Shown one piece after another: positions 37,179 through 49,141 of a DNA stretch of 64,000 nucleotides. Both the position numbers and the translations under genes were made by a program. This stretch comes from Isurus oxyrinchus (Eukaryota). Position 1 is the first letter of the stretch. Each line of letters starts with the position of its first letter. Location of the stretch: the NCBI GenBank assembly GCA_026770705.1, contig JANJGN010000009.1:163556001-163620000 (forward strand). Direction: 5' to 3'. Below the pieces are notes generated by a model that ran no database searches, was not told where the DNA came from, and saw only the letters and a list, made by a program, of their open reading frames with translations.

Positions 37179-39041
37179 GTGAGTGACAGCCAGAGCTGGA
37201 TGTTCCGATAATCTGAGTTGGTTTAACTCTCGTGCGCTGGTTATACAGCAGATGTTTAAATATTTGGAGACATGCAAAGGCACAAGAGAGGTCTTGGGCT
37301 CAGTGGGTAGTGTCTCTGTATCTGAGCCAGAAGCTCTGTGTTTGAGTCCCACTTCAGTTCTTGTTGAGAATGGAAGGCGCGTTCTAACCAGGCCCAACAG
37401 GTTGATTATCAACCTGAAAATCTTCCAACAGACCGAAGGCTGGTGGGAAGAGGGTTTGAGATCCCAGTGCAACATGTTTGATGTGGAGTGGTGCCGCTCA
37501 TTCTGTTGTCTCCGGAGGTTAGTGACCTGTTCCAGGGAAAACAAGCTTTGGAAAGCAAAAGTAAACATGTGCTTTGTCTGCCGCATCCGTCTCTAGATGT
37601 GGGAAGTCTCCTAAGTCTAAAGGCACAAAATAGTCAGCAAAACCAAATGAATAATAATTGTGAAATATATTATTACCCTGTGAATTTACTATCACACCAT
37701 GGGAATAGTTAACAAATAAACTGAACTGCATTATTAATTATGAATGATAAGTAAAGGAGAATTCAATTTTCAGAAATCTATGCAAGCAACATTTTGAAAA
37801 TGAAAACCTGTTTTAATTGGTAATTTTCAATATAATCTGATGTCCAGTATACACTGAAAACTGCAGCGGTAATAATCCCACAAATAAAACATGTCCCAAG
37901 TTGGCGAATATTTCTGTTTTTTAAAGTACAGTTGATGAAATATTGTGTTATGAGGCTCTCTCAGTGACACTGTTCCTCACTGGTAGATGGTTGGTCTACA
38001 TCACTCTTCTCATAATTAGCCTTTTCTTGTTCATTCTTTAACTTTAAGAAACTAGATTTTGCTCATCACTCAGTATTGCCACCTCTCCATCATTTTCAAT
38101 GAATGTATTTTATAACACACAATGTTAAACTCCCAGCCCCATCTGCTCTAAGCCACTACTTTAACTTCCGCAAAATATTTTGTGCCTCTAGCTTATCAAT
38201 TTTATGCAGAATACTTGATGTACTTATGGACAGGAAACTGAATCATGTTTCTGTCGGTTTGGCAATCTTCTTCTTTTCAATCCTTCCTCTTTCTGATCTG
38301 ATCTCTTTCCCATTTGCTTTTCAACTGTAACTTTTCCTGTATCTTTTTCCTTTTCTTTACTTCTCTCTAGCCATTTAATTATTTTCAATCTCTCTTTTGT
38401 TATTTTAGTGCAAACTCTTTCTCCACAGCATGAGTTTCTCTCCCAGCAAGGCCATTGGTCTCATGAACGTTCAAGTCAAGGCATCCAAATCCCTACCTCA
38501 GGAATCCATCCATCCTTCAAGGCCACCTATCACACAACCTCTCAAACCTTCAAGGCCTTCAAATCCTACCTATGGACATCCCTAACTCATTCAAGATCTG
38601 AACACCCCCTCCTGCAAGGACCCAAGCATCCCCCGCACCCCACCCACCTCAGATCAGAGCAGGGAACTGTCGGCTCCTGTGACCCCCTCCACACTGCTCC
38701 CCAACCAACTGCAAATCAGGCCTGTCAATCAGACTGGTTTCTGGAACCTCTTGATGATGTCATACGCAGTCTGGGGTTAAACCCTACAGTATGGGGCAGA
38801 ACCTCAATTTCCAGGTTCCCCACACTCTACCAACCCCTGCCAATAAGTCAAGAAAATGCCCCAAATATCTCACAAGTAAATCATTGTCTGAGACGTGCTT
38901 TGGAACACAGTGAGGCTCTGATAAGTGTCTATATGAATGATTACTCTCATCACAAACTTGATGGAATTTAACTCATTAAAATGCATCTGTTTGAATTAAG
39001 CAGTTATTTCCAGTTCAGTTTCTCAAATGTTGTCTCCTCAG

Positions 39042-39356
39042 TTTCAGGTGCATTGTGGGCAAAAGACAGAGTAACAGGAGTTGTGGGAAGAGCGATCACA
39101 ATAGAATGTCACTATGATGCACGTTACAAGTCACATATAAAATATTGGTGTTGCGGCTGGAGTCGCCAGTGTAATATTTTAGTATTGACAAATCAGCAAA
39201 ATGGAAGAATATCGATCACAGATAACAAGGCAACAGGAATATTTATTGTTACTATGGTGGATCTTCACTCAAGAGATACAGGATGGTACAGCTGTGGTAT
39301 TGACAAACCTGGCCTCCTCGATTCAATGTTTGCTGTGTGGCTACAAATATCTTACG
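39042..39356 (+). CDS. Gene B exon 2, V-set Ig domain of CD300/pIgR/TREM type
   Basis: ITIECHY...KYWCCGWSRQC...DTGWYSCG; 315 nt, phase 1/1; paralog of 9550-9864. Confidence 0.92.
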
Positions 39357-40255
39357 GTATATTTCTTACTGATTTTCTTTATTATTCTCAACTGAAATGT
39401 CTGCTCAATGTTTTATCTGGGAGGAAACATGACAGCTCCGATATCCCGAGGCTCCACAGCAATGCAGAGACTTAAAGGTAAAGGGCAGAGGTCGGGAAAT
39501 CCAACTCATGTTACCCAAACCCAATTCATGGCCTGTCAAACATGTCAGAGTTGAACTTTACAAGTGAACTAAACGGAAATTGAGAAGTTGTTTTGATGGT
39601 AAAAGAAGCCTCTTTATTAATTGTTGAGACATTGGGCTGGATATTCAGCCTCAAAGCGGGTAGGGGCAATTCGGAAAATTCCCCGCTCGGCCTTGGAAGA
39701 AAGTGCCCACAAAGGTGGGATTTCCATTGCTGGGAGCTGTGCCCAGGCTGCAGTCTGGCCAGCCACACCAGGAAGAAATGCAGAGGCAGCCACAGGGACT
39801 GCCGGCTGCGGAGACGGGCTGTTTCAAAGGCCCCTCCTTAATGCCCTTGGACTTTGTAACAGCTAAACTCAAAACACAAAGGCCCTTCACCCCTCACCCC
39901 CCACAGCCCACAAAGAGGGTGGGTATAAGGGGAAAATTTGTCATGAGAGTTCTTGGAGGTGGGTGGAAGTGTACAGCTTGAAGTCAGGAGCATGATGGAT
40001 TATAAGGCGTGGGTAAAGGGACATAGGGGGCATTAACGGCCAAACGTGATGGATGAGGATGTGACTTGACATAGGGGGCATGAGATGGACCTTTTGAACT
40101 TAGCTCTTAAAAGGTCCCCTCATGCAAACCAGTGTTTACAGCTCCTCTGAGGGGCTTTGGACTACGACTCATTCAAAACCTGGCCCGAGTCCATGAAAAT
40201 TGCAGAGGAGTAGGACGTGTCCATCTCCACAATGGAGGCAGCCAGGTTGGAGAGT

Positions 40256-43200
40256 AAAAAACAAAAATACAAACAAAAAACTGCGGATGCTGGAAATCCA
40301 AAACAAAAAGTAAGAAATACCTGGAAAAACTCAGCAGGTCTGGCAGCATCGGCGGAGAAGAGCACAGTTGATGTTTCGAGTCCTGATGACCCTTCAACAG
40401 AACTAAGTAAAAAGAAGAGAGGGGTGAAATATAAGCTTGTCTAAGGGGTGGGGGTGGGGGTGCGGGTGGTGAGAGAAGGGGAGAGGTGGTTGTTGGGACA
40501 AGCAAGCAGTGATAGGAGGAGATAACCAAAAGATGTCACAGACAAAAGAACAAAGAGGTGTTGAAGGTGGTGATATTATCTAAAAGAATGTGGTAATTAA
40601 GAACGTATAGCAAGACAAGCAAGGTACAGATAGGTCATGTGGGGGTGGGGTGAAATAAGACTAAAAGGGCATAAAATGTATAGATAAATGATCAGTGGAA
40701 TACATTAAAAATATTGCAAATAGGTGGGAAAAGAAAAATCTATATAAATTATTGGAAAAAAGAAAAAGGATGGGGAAGAAATGGAAAGAGGGTGGGGATG
40801 GAGGAGGGAGTTCAAGATCTAAAATTGTTGATCTCAATATTCAGTCCGGAAGGCTGTAAGGTGCCTAGTCGGAAGATGAGGTGTTGTTCCTCCAGTTTGC
40901 GTTGAGCTTCACTGGAACAATGCAGCAAGCCAAGGACAGACATGTGGGCAAGAGAGCAGGGTGGAGTGTTAAAATGGCAAGCGACAGGGAGGTTTGGGTC
41001 ATTCTTGCAGACAGACCGCAGGTGTTCTGCAAAACAATCACCCAGTCTGCGTTTGGTCTTTCCAATGTAGAGGAAACTGCATTGGGAGCAACGAATGCAG
41101 TAGACTAAGTTGGGGGAAATGCAAGCGAAATGCTGCTTCACTTGAAAGGAGCGTTTGGGCCCTTGGACGGTGAGGAGAGAGGAATTGAAGGGGCAGGTGT
41201 TGCACCTTTTGCGTGGGCATGGGGAGTTGCCATAGGTGGGGGTTGAGGAGTAGAGGGTGATGGAGGAGTGGACCAGAGTGTCCCAGAGGGAACGATCCCT
41301 ATGGAATGCCACCGGGGGGGTGAAAGGAAGATGTGTTTGGTGGTGGCTTCATGCTGGAGTTGGCGGAAATGGTGGAGGATGATCCTTTGAATGTGGAGGC
41401 TGGTGGGGTGATAAGTGAGGACAAGGGGGACCCTATCATGTTTCTGGGAGGGAGGAGAAGGCGTGAGGGTGGATGCGCGGTAGATGGGCCGGACACGGTT
41501 GAGAGCCCTGTCAACGACCGTGGGTGGAAAACCTCAGTTAAGGAAGAAGGAGGACATCTCAGAGGAACTGTTTTTGAAGGTAGCATCATCGGAACAGATG
41601 CGACGGAGGCAAAGGAACTGGGAGAATGGGAAAGTGTCCTTACAGGAAGCGGGGTGTGAGGAGCTGTAGTCGAGGTAGCTGTGGGAGTCGGTAGGCTTGT
41701 AATGGATATTGGTGGACAGTCTATCACCAGAGATTGAGACACAGAGGTCAAGGAAGGGAAGGGAAGTGTCAGAGATGGACCATTTGAAAATGATGGAGGG
41801 GTGGAGATTGGAAGCAAAATTAATAAATTTTTCCAGGTCCAAACGAGAGCATGAAGCGGCACCGAAGTAATCATCAATGTACCGGAGAAAGAGTTGTGGG
41901 AGTGGGCCGGAATAGGACTGGAACAAGGAATGTTCCACATACCCCATAAAGGGACAGGGGCTCATGTGGGTACCCTTAGTCACACCTTTTATTTGGAGGA
42001 AGTGAGAGGAGTTGAAGGAGAAATTGTTCAGCGTGAGAACAAGTTCAGCCAGATGGAGGAGAGTAGTGGTGGATGGGGATTGTTCGGGCATCTGTTCGAG
42101 GAAAAAGCTAAGGGCCCTCAGACCATCCTGGTGGGGGATGGAGGTGTAGAGGGATTGGACGTCCATGGTGAAGAGGAAACAGTTGGGGGCAGGGAACTGG
42201 AAATTGTTGATGTGACGTAAGGTGTCAGAGGAATCACGGATGTAGGTGGGAAGGGACTGGACAAGGGCAGAGAAAAAGGATTCAAGATAACGAGAAATGA
42301 GTTCCGTGGGGCAGGAACAGACTGACACGATCAGTCTGCCGGGACAGTTCTGTTTGTGGATTTTGGGTAGGAGGTAGAAGCGGGCCGTCCGAGGTTGGGC
42401 GACTATCAGGTTGGAAGCTGTGGGAGGAAGATCCCCAGAGGGGATGAGGTCAGTGACAGTCCTGGAAACAATGGCTTGATGTTCAGTGATGGGGTCATGG
42501 TCCATGGAGAGGTCGGAGGAAGTTTCTGCGAATTGACGCTCAGCCTCTGTGAGGTAGAGGCCAGTGCGCCAGACAACAACAGCACCACCCTTGACAGCGG
42601 GTTTGATGACAACGTTGGGGTTGGATCTGAGGGAACGGAGTGCAATAAGTCACAAAACAACTGTTTGCTGAAATGCTAAACAAAGATAAATATTGAGATA
42701 AAAGCAAAGAACTGCGGATGCTGGAAATGCAAACCAAAGACAGAAATAGAAATATCTGGAAAAACTCAGCAGGTCTGGCAGCATCGGTGGAGAAGAGCAC
42801 AGTTGATGTTTCGAGTCCTCATGACCCTTCAACAGAACTAAGTAACAATAGGAAAGGGGTGAAATATAAGCTGGTTTAAGAGGAAGGTGGGTGCGTTGTT
42901 GGGACAAGAAGCCAGTAATAGGTGGAGATAACCAAAAGATGTCACAGACAAAAGAACAAAGAGGTGTTGAAGGTGGTGATATTTTCTAAAGGAATGTGCT
43001 AATTAAGGGTAGAAAGCAGGACAAACAAGGTACAGATAGACCTAGTGGGGGTGGGGTGGGGTGAAGGAATACTAAAAATTCTAAAAATTAGAGATTAACA
43101 GTGGATGGAAATACATTTAAAAATAATGGAAATAGTTGGGAAAAGAAAACTCTATATAAACTATTGGAAAAAACAAAAAGTGGAGGAAGAAACGGAAAGG

Positions 43201-45689
43201 GGATGGAGATGGCGGTTGGGGCCAGGGAACTGGAAATTGTTGATGTGACATAAGGTGTCAGAGGAATCACGGATGTAGGTGGGAAGGGACTGGACAAGGG
43301 GAGAGCGAAGGGAGTCAAGATAATGAGAATTGAGTTCCGTGGGGCAGGAAGAGGCTGACACGATCAGTCTGCCGGGACAGTCCTGTTTGTGGATTTTGGG
43401 TAGGAGGTAGAAGCGGGCTGTCCGAGGTTGGGAGACTATCAGGTTGGAAGCTGTGGGAGGAAGATCTCCAGAGGAGATGAGGTCAGTGACAGATCTGGAA
43501 ACAATGGCTTGATGTTCAGTGGTGGGGTCATGGTCCAGGGAGAGGTAGGAGGAAGTGTCTGCGAGTTGACGCTCAGCCTCCACAAGGTAGAGGTCAGTGC
43601 GCCAGACAACAACTGCACCACCCTTGTCAGCGGGTTTGATGGCAATGTTGGGGTTAGGCCTGAGAGAATGGAGTGCAGTATGTTCAGAGAGAGACAGGTT
43701 AGAATGGGTGAGAGGAGCAGAGAAATTGAGACGACTAATGTCACGCCGACAGTTCTCAATGAAAAGATCAAGAGAAGGTAAGAATCCAGAGGGAGGGGTC
43801 CAGGTGGAGGGAGAATATTGGAGGTGGGTAAAAGGATCCGTTGAATGGGGAGAGGACTCCTGCCCAAAGAAGTGAGCCCGGAGACGAAGACGGTGGAAGA
43901 AGAGTTCAGCATCATGCCGAGCCCGAAATTCATTGAGGTGAGGACGTAAGGATATGAAACTAAGTCCTTTGCTGAGCACTGAACGTTCAGCATCAGAGAG
44001 GGGAAGGTCAGGGTGTATAGTGAATACCCGACCGGGGCTGGGATTGGAAGATGGGGTGGGGACAGAGGGACAGGCAGGGTTGGAGGGTCCTGGATGTGTG
44101 TTGGTATCACTGAGTTGTTGCAGCTTGCGTTCCTTAGCACTTGAGAGAAAGAGAAAAGGTTTCTTGTTGAGGCGACGGATGAGACGAAGAATAGAATGAA
44201 ACTGGGGGCACGGGCAGCTTTGGAAAGGGGTACGGCGATGCTGCTGGAGGGAGAGGTCGAATGTGTTCATATGGCAGCGCATGGCACTGAGTGTGGATCT
44301 CAGAATGCAACGGGAACAGTATTCCGAGGAATGTTGTATGTCCCAGAGATACCTGTAATCCTGGGTTGGTTCGAATCCGATGGAATTTCAGTTGAGATCC
44401 ACATGGGGTAAGTCGGAGACGGAGACAGTCACTGAGAAAGGAAATATGGCTGTGAAAGCGGGTTTTAGTAAACACCTTGTCAAACAGCAGGAGAGAAATG
44501 GAAAGCAATGAAGGTAAATAAGGCAAAAGAGAGATATGAAAATCCTGACGGAGAGTAGTACAAAACTTCTTTAAGGTAGGGATGTCTTGAAGAGAAGTGG
44601 CAGTCAATTAAACACGGATAAAAGCAAAAAACTGCGGATGCTGGAAATTCAAAACAAAAACAGAAACATAAATAGCTGGAAAAACTCAGCAGGTCTGGCA
44701 GCATCAGCGGAAAGAGCACAGTTGATGTTTCGAGTCCTCATGACCCATCAACAGAACTAAGTAAAAATAGGAGAGGGGTGAAATATAAGCTGGTCTAAGG
44801 GGTGGGGGTGGGTGGTGGTGGAGGGAGAAGTTGTTGGGACAAGCAAGCAGTGATAGGAGGAGATAACCAAAAGATGTCACAGACAAATGAACAAAGAGGT
44901 GTTGAAGGTGGCGATATTATCCAAAAGATTGTGCTAATTAAGGATGGGTAGCAGGACAAGCAAGGTACATGGTGGCATCATGCTGCAGTTGGAGGCGGAA
45001 ATGGTGGAGAATGATCCTTTAGTGCGGAGGCTGGTGGAGTGATAAGTGAGGACAAGGGAGACCTCTTCATGTTTCTGGTAGACTTGCTGCCTTCTTCCAG
45101 TGAAGCTCAATGTAAACTGGAGGAACAGCACGTCATCTTCCGACTAGGCACTTTAGAGCCATTGGGACTGAATATTAAGTTCAACAATTTTAGATCATAA
45201 ACTCCCTCCTCCATCCCCACCCCCTTTCTGTTTCTTCCCCCTCCTTTTTCCTTTTTCCAATACTTTATATAGATTTTTCTTTTCCCACCTATTTCCATTA
45301 TTTTTAATGTATTCCACCGATCATTTATCTATACCTTTTAAGCCCTTTAAGTCTTATTTCACCCCACCCTCCACTAGAGCTATCTGTACCTTGATTGTCC
45401 TGCTATCCATTCTTAATTAGCACATTCTTTTAGATGATGTCACCACATTCAACACCTCTTTGTTCTTTTGTCTGTGACATCTTTGGGTTATCGCCTCCTA
45501 TCACTGCTTGCTTGTCCCAACAACTACCGCCGACTTCTCTCTCCACCGCCCCCCCCGCCCCCCGACCCATTAGACCAGCTTATATTTCACCCCTTTCCTA
45601 TTTTTACTTCGTTCTGTTGAAGGGTCATAAGGACTCTAAATGTCAACTGTGCTCTTCTCTGCCGATGCTGCCAGACCTGCTGAGTTTTT
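40256..45689 (-). mobile_element. Penelope-like (Neptune-type) retroelement, rearranged, with RT, Cys-rich linker and GIY-YIG endonuclease
   Basis: IKPADKGGAVVVW, FYLLPKIHK, MDVQSLYTSIPH, LRYIDD, CPRKRCNTC, NLVYCIRCSQC..YIGKT; three pseudo-LTRs on - and an inverted end 45080-45689; TSD CCAGGTTGG(A/G)GAGT at 40242 and 45690. Confidence 0.92.
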
Positions 45690-46071
45690 CCAGGTTGGGG
45701 AGTTCTGGGTGTGGGTTTTGAAGGAGCCAGCCTGGATCCTTTAAAGCTGCTCCCAAAATCACACAACCCTGGAAAGCAGTTGGGAATCCCAGAATTAGGA
45801 CACACCCGCCATTTTTAAAGGGCTCCTGAATCAACCCAAGTTGGTGAAATCCAGGCGGTCACTTTGGTCTGAAGGCTGCACAAAGCACAGGGTAGAGGCC
45901 CTGGACTGAGACACCTGCCTTTATCTTGTACAGAAAGTGTTCACATGTGAGTGACATGAACATTGCTCATCAAAACAAGGAGCGATAGGCAGGGAGACAT
46001 TCTTTGGAGTTTATTGACAATAATGAACAGTATGTACAAGTGATTAACACCCGTGCCCAGGACGTGCAACT

Positions 46072-46209
46072 GGCCTAAATAGCCAAGTGGTTATGGTACT
46101 GGGTTTGTAACCCCAAGATCAGGAATTCAAATCTCACAATGGCAAAATATGAAACAATGTAACTTGATCTGAATAGGAACAGATGGAAATGTGTTTGTAC
46201 TCAAAAGAG
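46072..46209 (+). mobile_element. tRNA-derived SINE-like insertion ending AAAAGAG
   Basis: A-box TAGCCAAGTGG, anticodon-like GGG-TTTGTAA-CCC, B-box-like GAATTCAAATC; absent from copy A. Confidence 0.65.
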
Positions 46210-46224
46210 TTACATTTCCTCAAC

Positions 46225-47455
46225 TCTCGAGGCCTTCCGTGCTCAGTGGGGACTGGGGTGCTTTATTGACCCCTTTTAGCACTTTTTGGTTTAAAGTTGT
46301 AAGTTTCCTTTAAACTTCGTTCTTGGTTTTACAGCTGACCTAAATTAGGGGCTGTCCCTTATTTATCCTAATTTTGTAAATTTAGTTTAATTGTTTTGAC
46401 TCTATAAGAGTTACATCTCCTCAACCCCCGTAATATGAGCCGCCTCGGGGACATGTTCTCTGTGCCATTTGGCACAGCAAAGAGGAGCTTTTTGTACGGA
46501 CTGCTGCTGCACATCTTCCATTTTCTCGCCCTTGTCCGCCGCCTGGATATGCCCTGGCATGCCTTGTTGCCTTCCGGCAGCGGAGGCCCCCGATGGGAGG
46601 CCCTCTGAGGAGGTGTCCTCCCCCTTTCTATCGGGGACCTGGGTTCGAGGGTGTTGCATGCAGCAGTCCCCTATAATAGGAGAATTCATAGGTTCACGGA
46701 CTCCCAAGACACATGCCCTTTTCGTGGTCTTGTGGAGTCCGTGGACCATGCATACATAGGGTGTGGTAGGTTGCACTCCCTTTTCAGTTACTTAATGAAC
46801 CTTTTGTTAATGTTTTGTTTGCACTTCAGCCCCACGCTCCTGATCTATGGACACCCGGTGCGGAAGGGGGTCGGAAAGGAGGAGGACCTCCTCGTGAACC
46901 TGCTCCTGGGCCTGGCCAAGTTGGCCATTAACAGGTCCAGGCAGCAGGCGATCGAAGGGGGAGTCCCGCCCAATTATTTATCCCTCTTCCGCGGCTACGG
47001 TCGCAGCCGGATGTCCCTGGAAAGGGAGCATGCGGTGTCTGCCGGCACTCTCGAACCCTTCCGTGCTCGGTGGGCACCGCGGGGACTGGGGTGTTTTGTT
47101 GACCTCTTTTATCACATTTTGGTTTAAAGTTGTAAGTTTCCTTCAAACTTTGTTCTTGGTTTTACAGCTGACCTGAATTAGGGGCTGTGCCTGATTTATC
47201 CCAATTTTGTTAATTTAGTTTAATTGCTTTGACTCTATAAGAGTTACATCTCCTCAACTCTCGAGACCTTCTGTGCTCGATGGGTGACCACGGGGGTTGG
47301 GGTGCTTTATCCAGCCTCTTAATCACATTTTGGTTTGATGTTGTAAGTTTCCTTTAAATCCTGTCTTTGGTTTTGCAGTGACCCTAACTTAGGGGCTGCG
47401 TTTTATTTTGTTCCTCATTTTGTTAATTTAGTTTATTTGTTTGGCTTTAAAAGAG
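46225..47455 (+). mobile_element. Three stacked Tx1-clade LINE 3' fragments (46225-46410, 46426-47243, 47259-47455)
   Basis: ORF2 C-terminus IGDLG.RVLHAAVP...CPF..LVESVDHAYIGC...LLLGLAKLAI; each fragment ends AAGAG and is followed by a copy of the 15-bp target. Confidence 0.85.
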
Positions 47456-49000
47456 CTACATCTTCTCAACTTTCCTAATCCTCCCGCTACATCTTGGTGC
47501 TCCGCAGACATCCAGAGTGGAAGTAAAGACAGTCTGCTGACTGCTATGCTCTGTCTGTGATAACTTTGGCGGGCGTCCTCTGGAGGCCTGAGGCCTGGAG
47601 GGCCCCGGCTTCCTTTCGAGGTCCTGCTGTGTGGCATTACCACCCTCCTTGGCCTGTGGACCTGGAGCTGTCAAGGTCACAGTAAGAGGGGAGTTACCAG
47701 GATGAATGGCCCCGGAGGGTACACATGTTGATCCTTCTCGCTATTGGCTGAATTAGCGAGCAGCAGGGGTAGCTGAAGTGAGATTGAGCTGCCCGCACCC
47801 CTCTCTCATACACACTGTCAGGGGCCAACTATACATCAGCAATGGAGTTCAGCCCCACAGCAGTGTAGGAACGGTGCCCTGGACCAACATCTCCAAGGCA
47901 CCTACGATCCTACCAGTGTTGACCTTGGTGCATTGACATGCCAGCGCTATCACCTCAGAGTGCAGGTGGATGGATTCCTCCATATTAACTGAAAATTTTA
48001 TTTAAAAAGAGAGAAGGTCACCATCTAATCCTTTATTAACTGTGTTTAATTGTATGCAGTGGTAGCATTAAACAGATGTCTTCAGGTCTGGGCCTTGTAC
48101 ACACTGTCTCCTGGGAGTTCTGACCAGCTACCCTGCTGTCTTCAGGGAGATCTGGCCAACCATCCTGCTGTGTTCTGGGAGATCTAAGCAGCTACCCCCT
48201 CACATAGGCTTCAGTATTCCCTTAAATGTGTTTCTTCTCTTTCATCTCTCTTTGTTGCAACCAGTCTGAAAAGAAATGCTTTTCTTCAAAGGATTGATTA
48301 AATCAATCTTTACCTCTTAGACTTGTAAAAACAAACTTACTCTATGTTTATGTCACGTCCTTACACCTTTTTACAACCTGCATATATCTCCCTTTGAACT
48401 AAAACAACACAATTCAAACTATTTCTGTTATTGCTTCATGTACAAGTCTGTTGTAGTTCTTTTTTGTTTATTAACATATCAAAACCACTTCAAATTGTTG
48501 ACTTTTGACTCTATCCACTGATGAGGCAGTCCATGTCATGGAACCATAACCTTAAATCTGGAGATAGGCTCGTCAGGGATGTCAGGAATCACTTCTTCAC
48601 GCAAAGTATAGCGGAAATCAGGAACACTCTCCTCAAAAAAGCTCTTGAACTTAAATGAAAATTTCAAAACTGATTGACAGATTTTATCTGGTAGCAATAT
48701 TCGGGTTATGGGACCCCGGTAGGTAAATGGACAGAAGATACTGGTCAGTTGGGATTTAATTGAATTGTGGAACAGGCTGAAGGGGCTGCATGTCCGAATC
48801 CCTTTTCCATGTTCTGGAGCCCCAGTTAATTTTTCAGTGGTCTGGGCCTTGTGAGTAACAATGTGCTGTGAAACAAGCTCACAAACAGTTAGCATTTCAA
48901 AGAGACACTTTCCAATCACCAGGCAAACTGTGACCTGTGTTGTTTCAGAGTACAGTTTGTGACAGTGAAAGCAGTGAAGGCCTGCCAAACCTCATTAAAA

Positions 49001-49141
49001 TCAAGTTCTGTCGAAGGGTCATGAGGACTCGAAACGTCAACTCTTTTCTTCTCCATCGATGCTGCCAGACCTGCTGAGTTTTTCCAGGTAATTCTGTTTT
49101 TGTTTTGGATTTCCAGCATCCGCAGTTTTCTTTGTTTTTAT
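49001..49141 (+). mobile_element. Penelope terminal fragment with TSD CTCATTAAAA (copy-B-specific)
   Basis: TSD at 48991 and 49142; single site in copy A at ~14367. Confidence 0.85.
49004..49042 (+). ncRNA. Minimal type-I hammerhead ribozyme-like motif (variant core)
   Basis: AGTT-CTGTCGA-A-GGGTC-ATGAG-GACTC-GAAA-CG-TC-AACT: stem I, stem II, GAAA, GUC site; position 6 is U instead of canonical A. Confidence 0.55.

Larger units (their letters stand above)
39634..47980 (-). mobile_element. Harbinger-like element in intron 2 of gene B, interrupted by Penelope, SINE and Tx1 insertions
   Basis: Colinear with 10142-11710 once nested insertions are removed. Confidence 0.7.

Noticed and set aside
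38408-38971. 187-aa ORF in intron 1
   Set aside because: Broken by a frameshift in copy A and no recognisable domain; use as an alternative exon not supported
46072-46145. Functional tRNA-Thr gene
   Set aside because: Acceptor and anticodon stems do not pair fully; it is a copy-specific insertion with a retroposon tail
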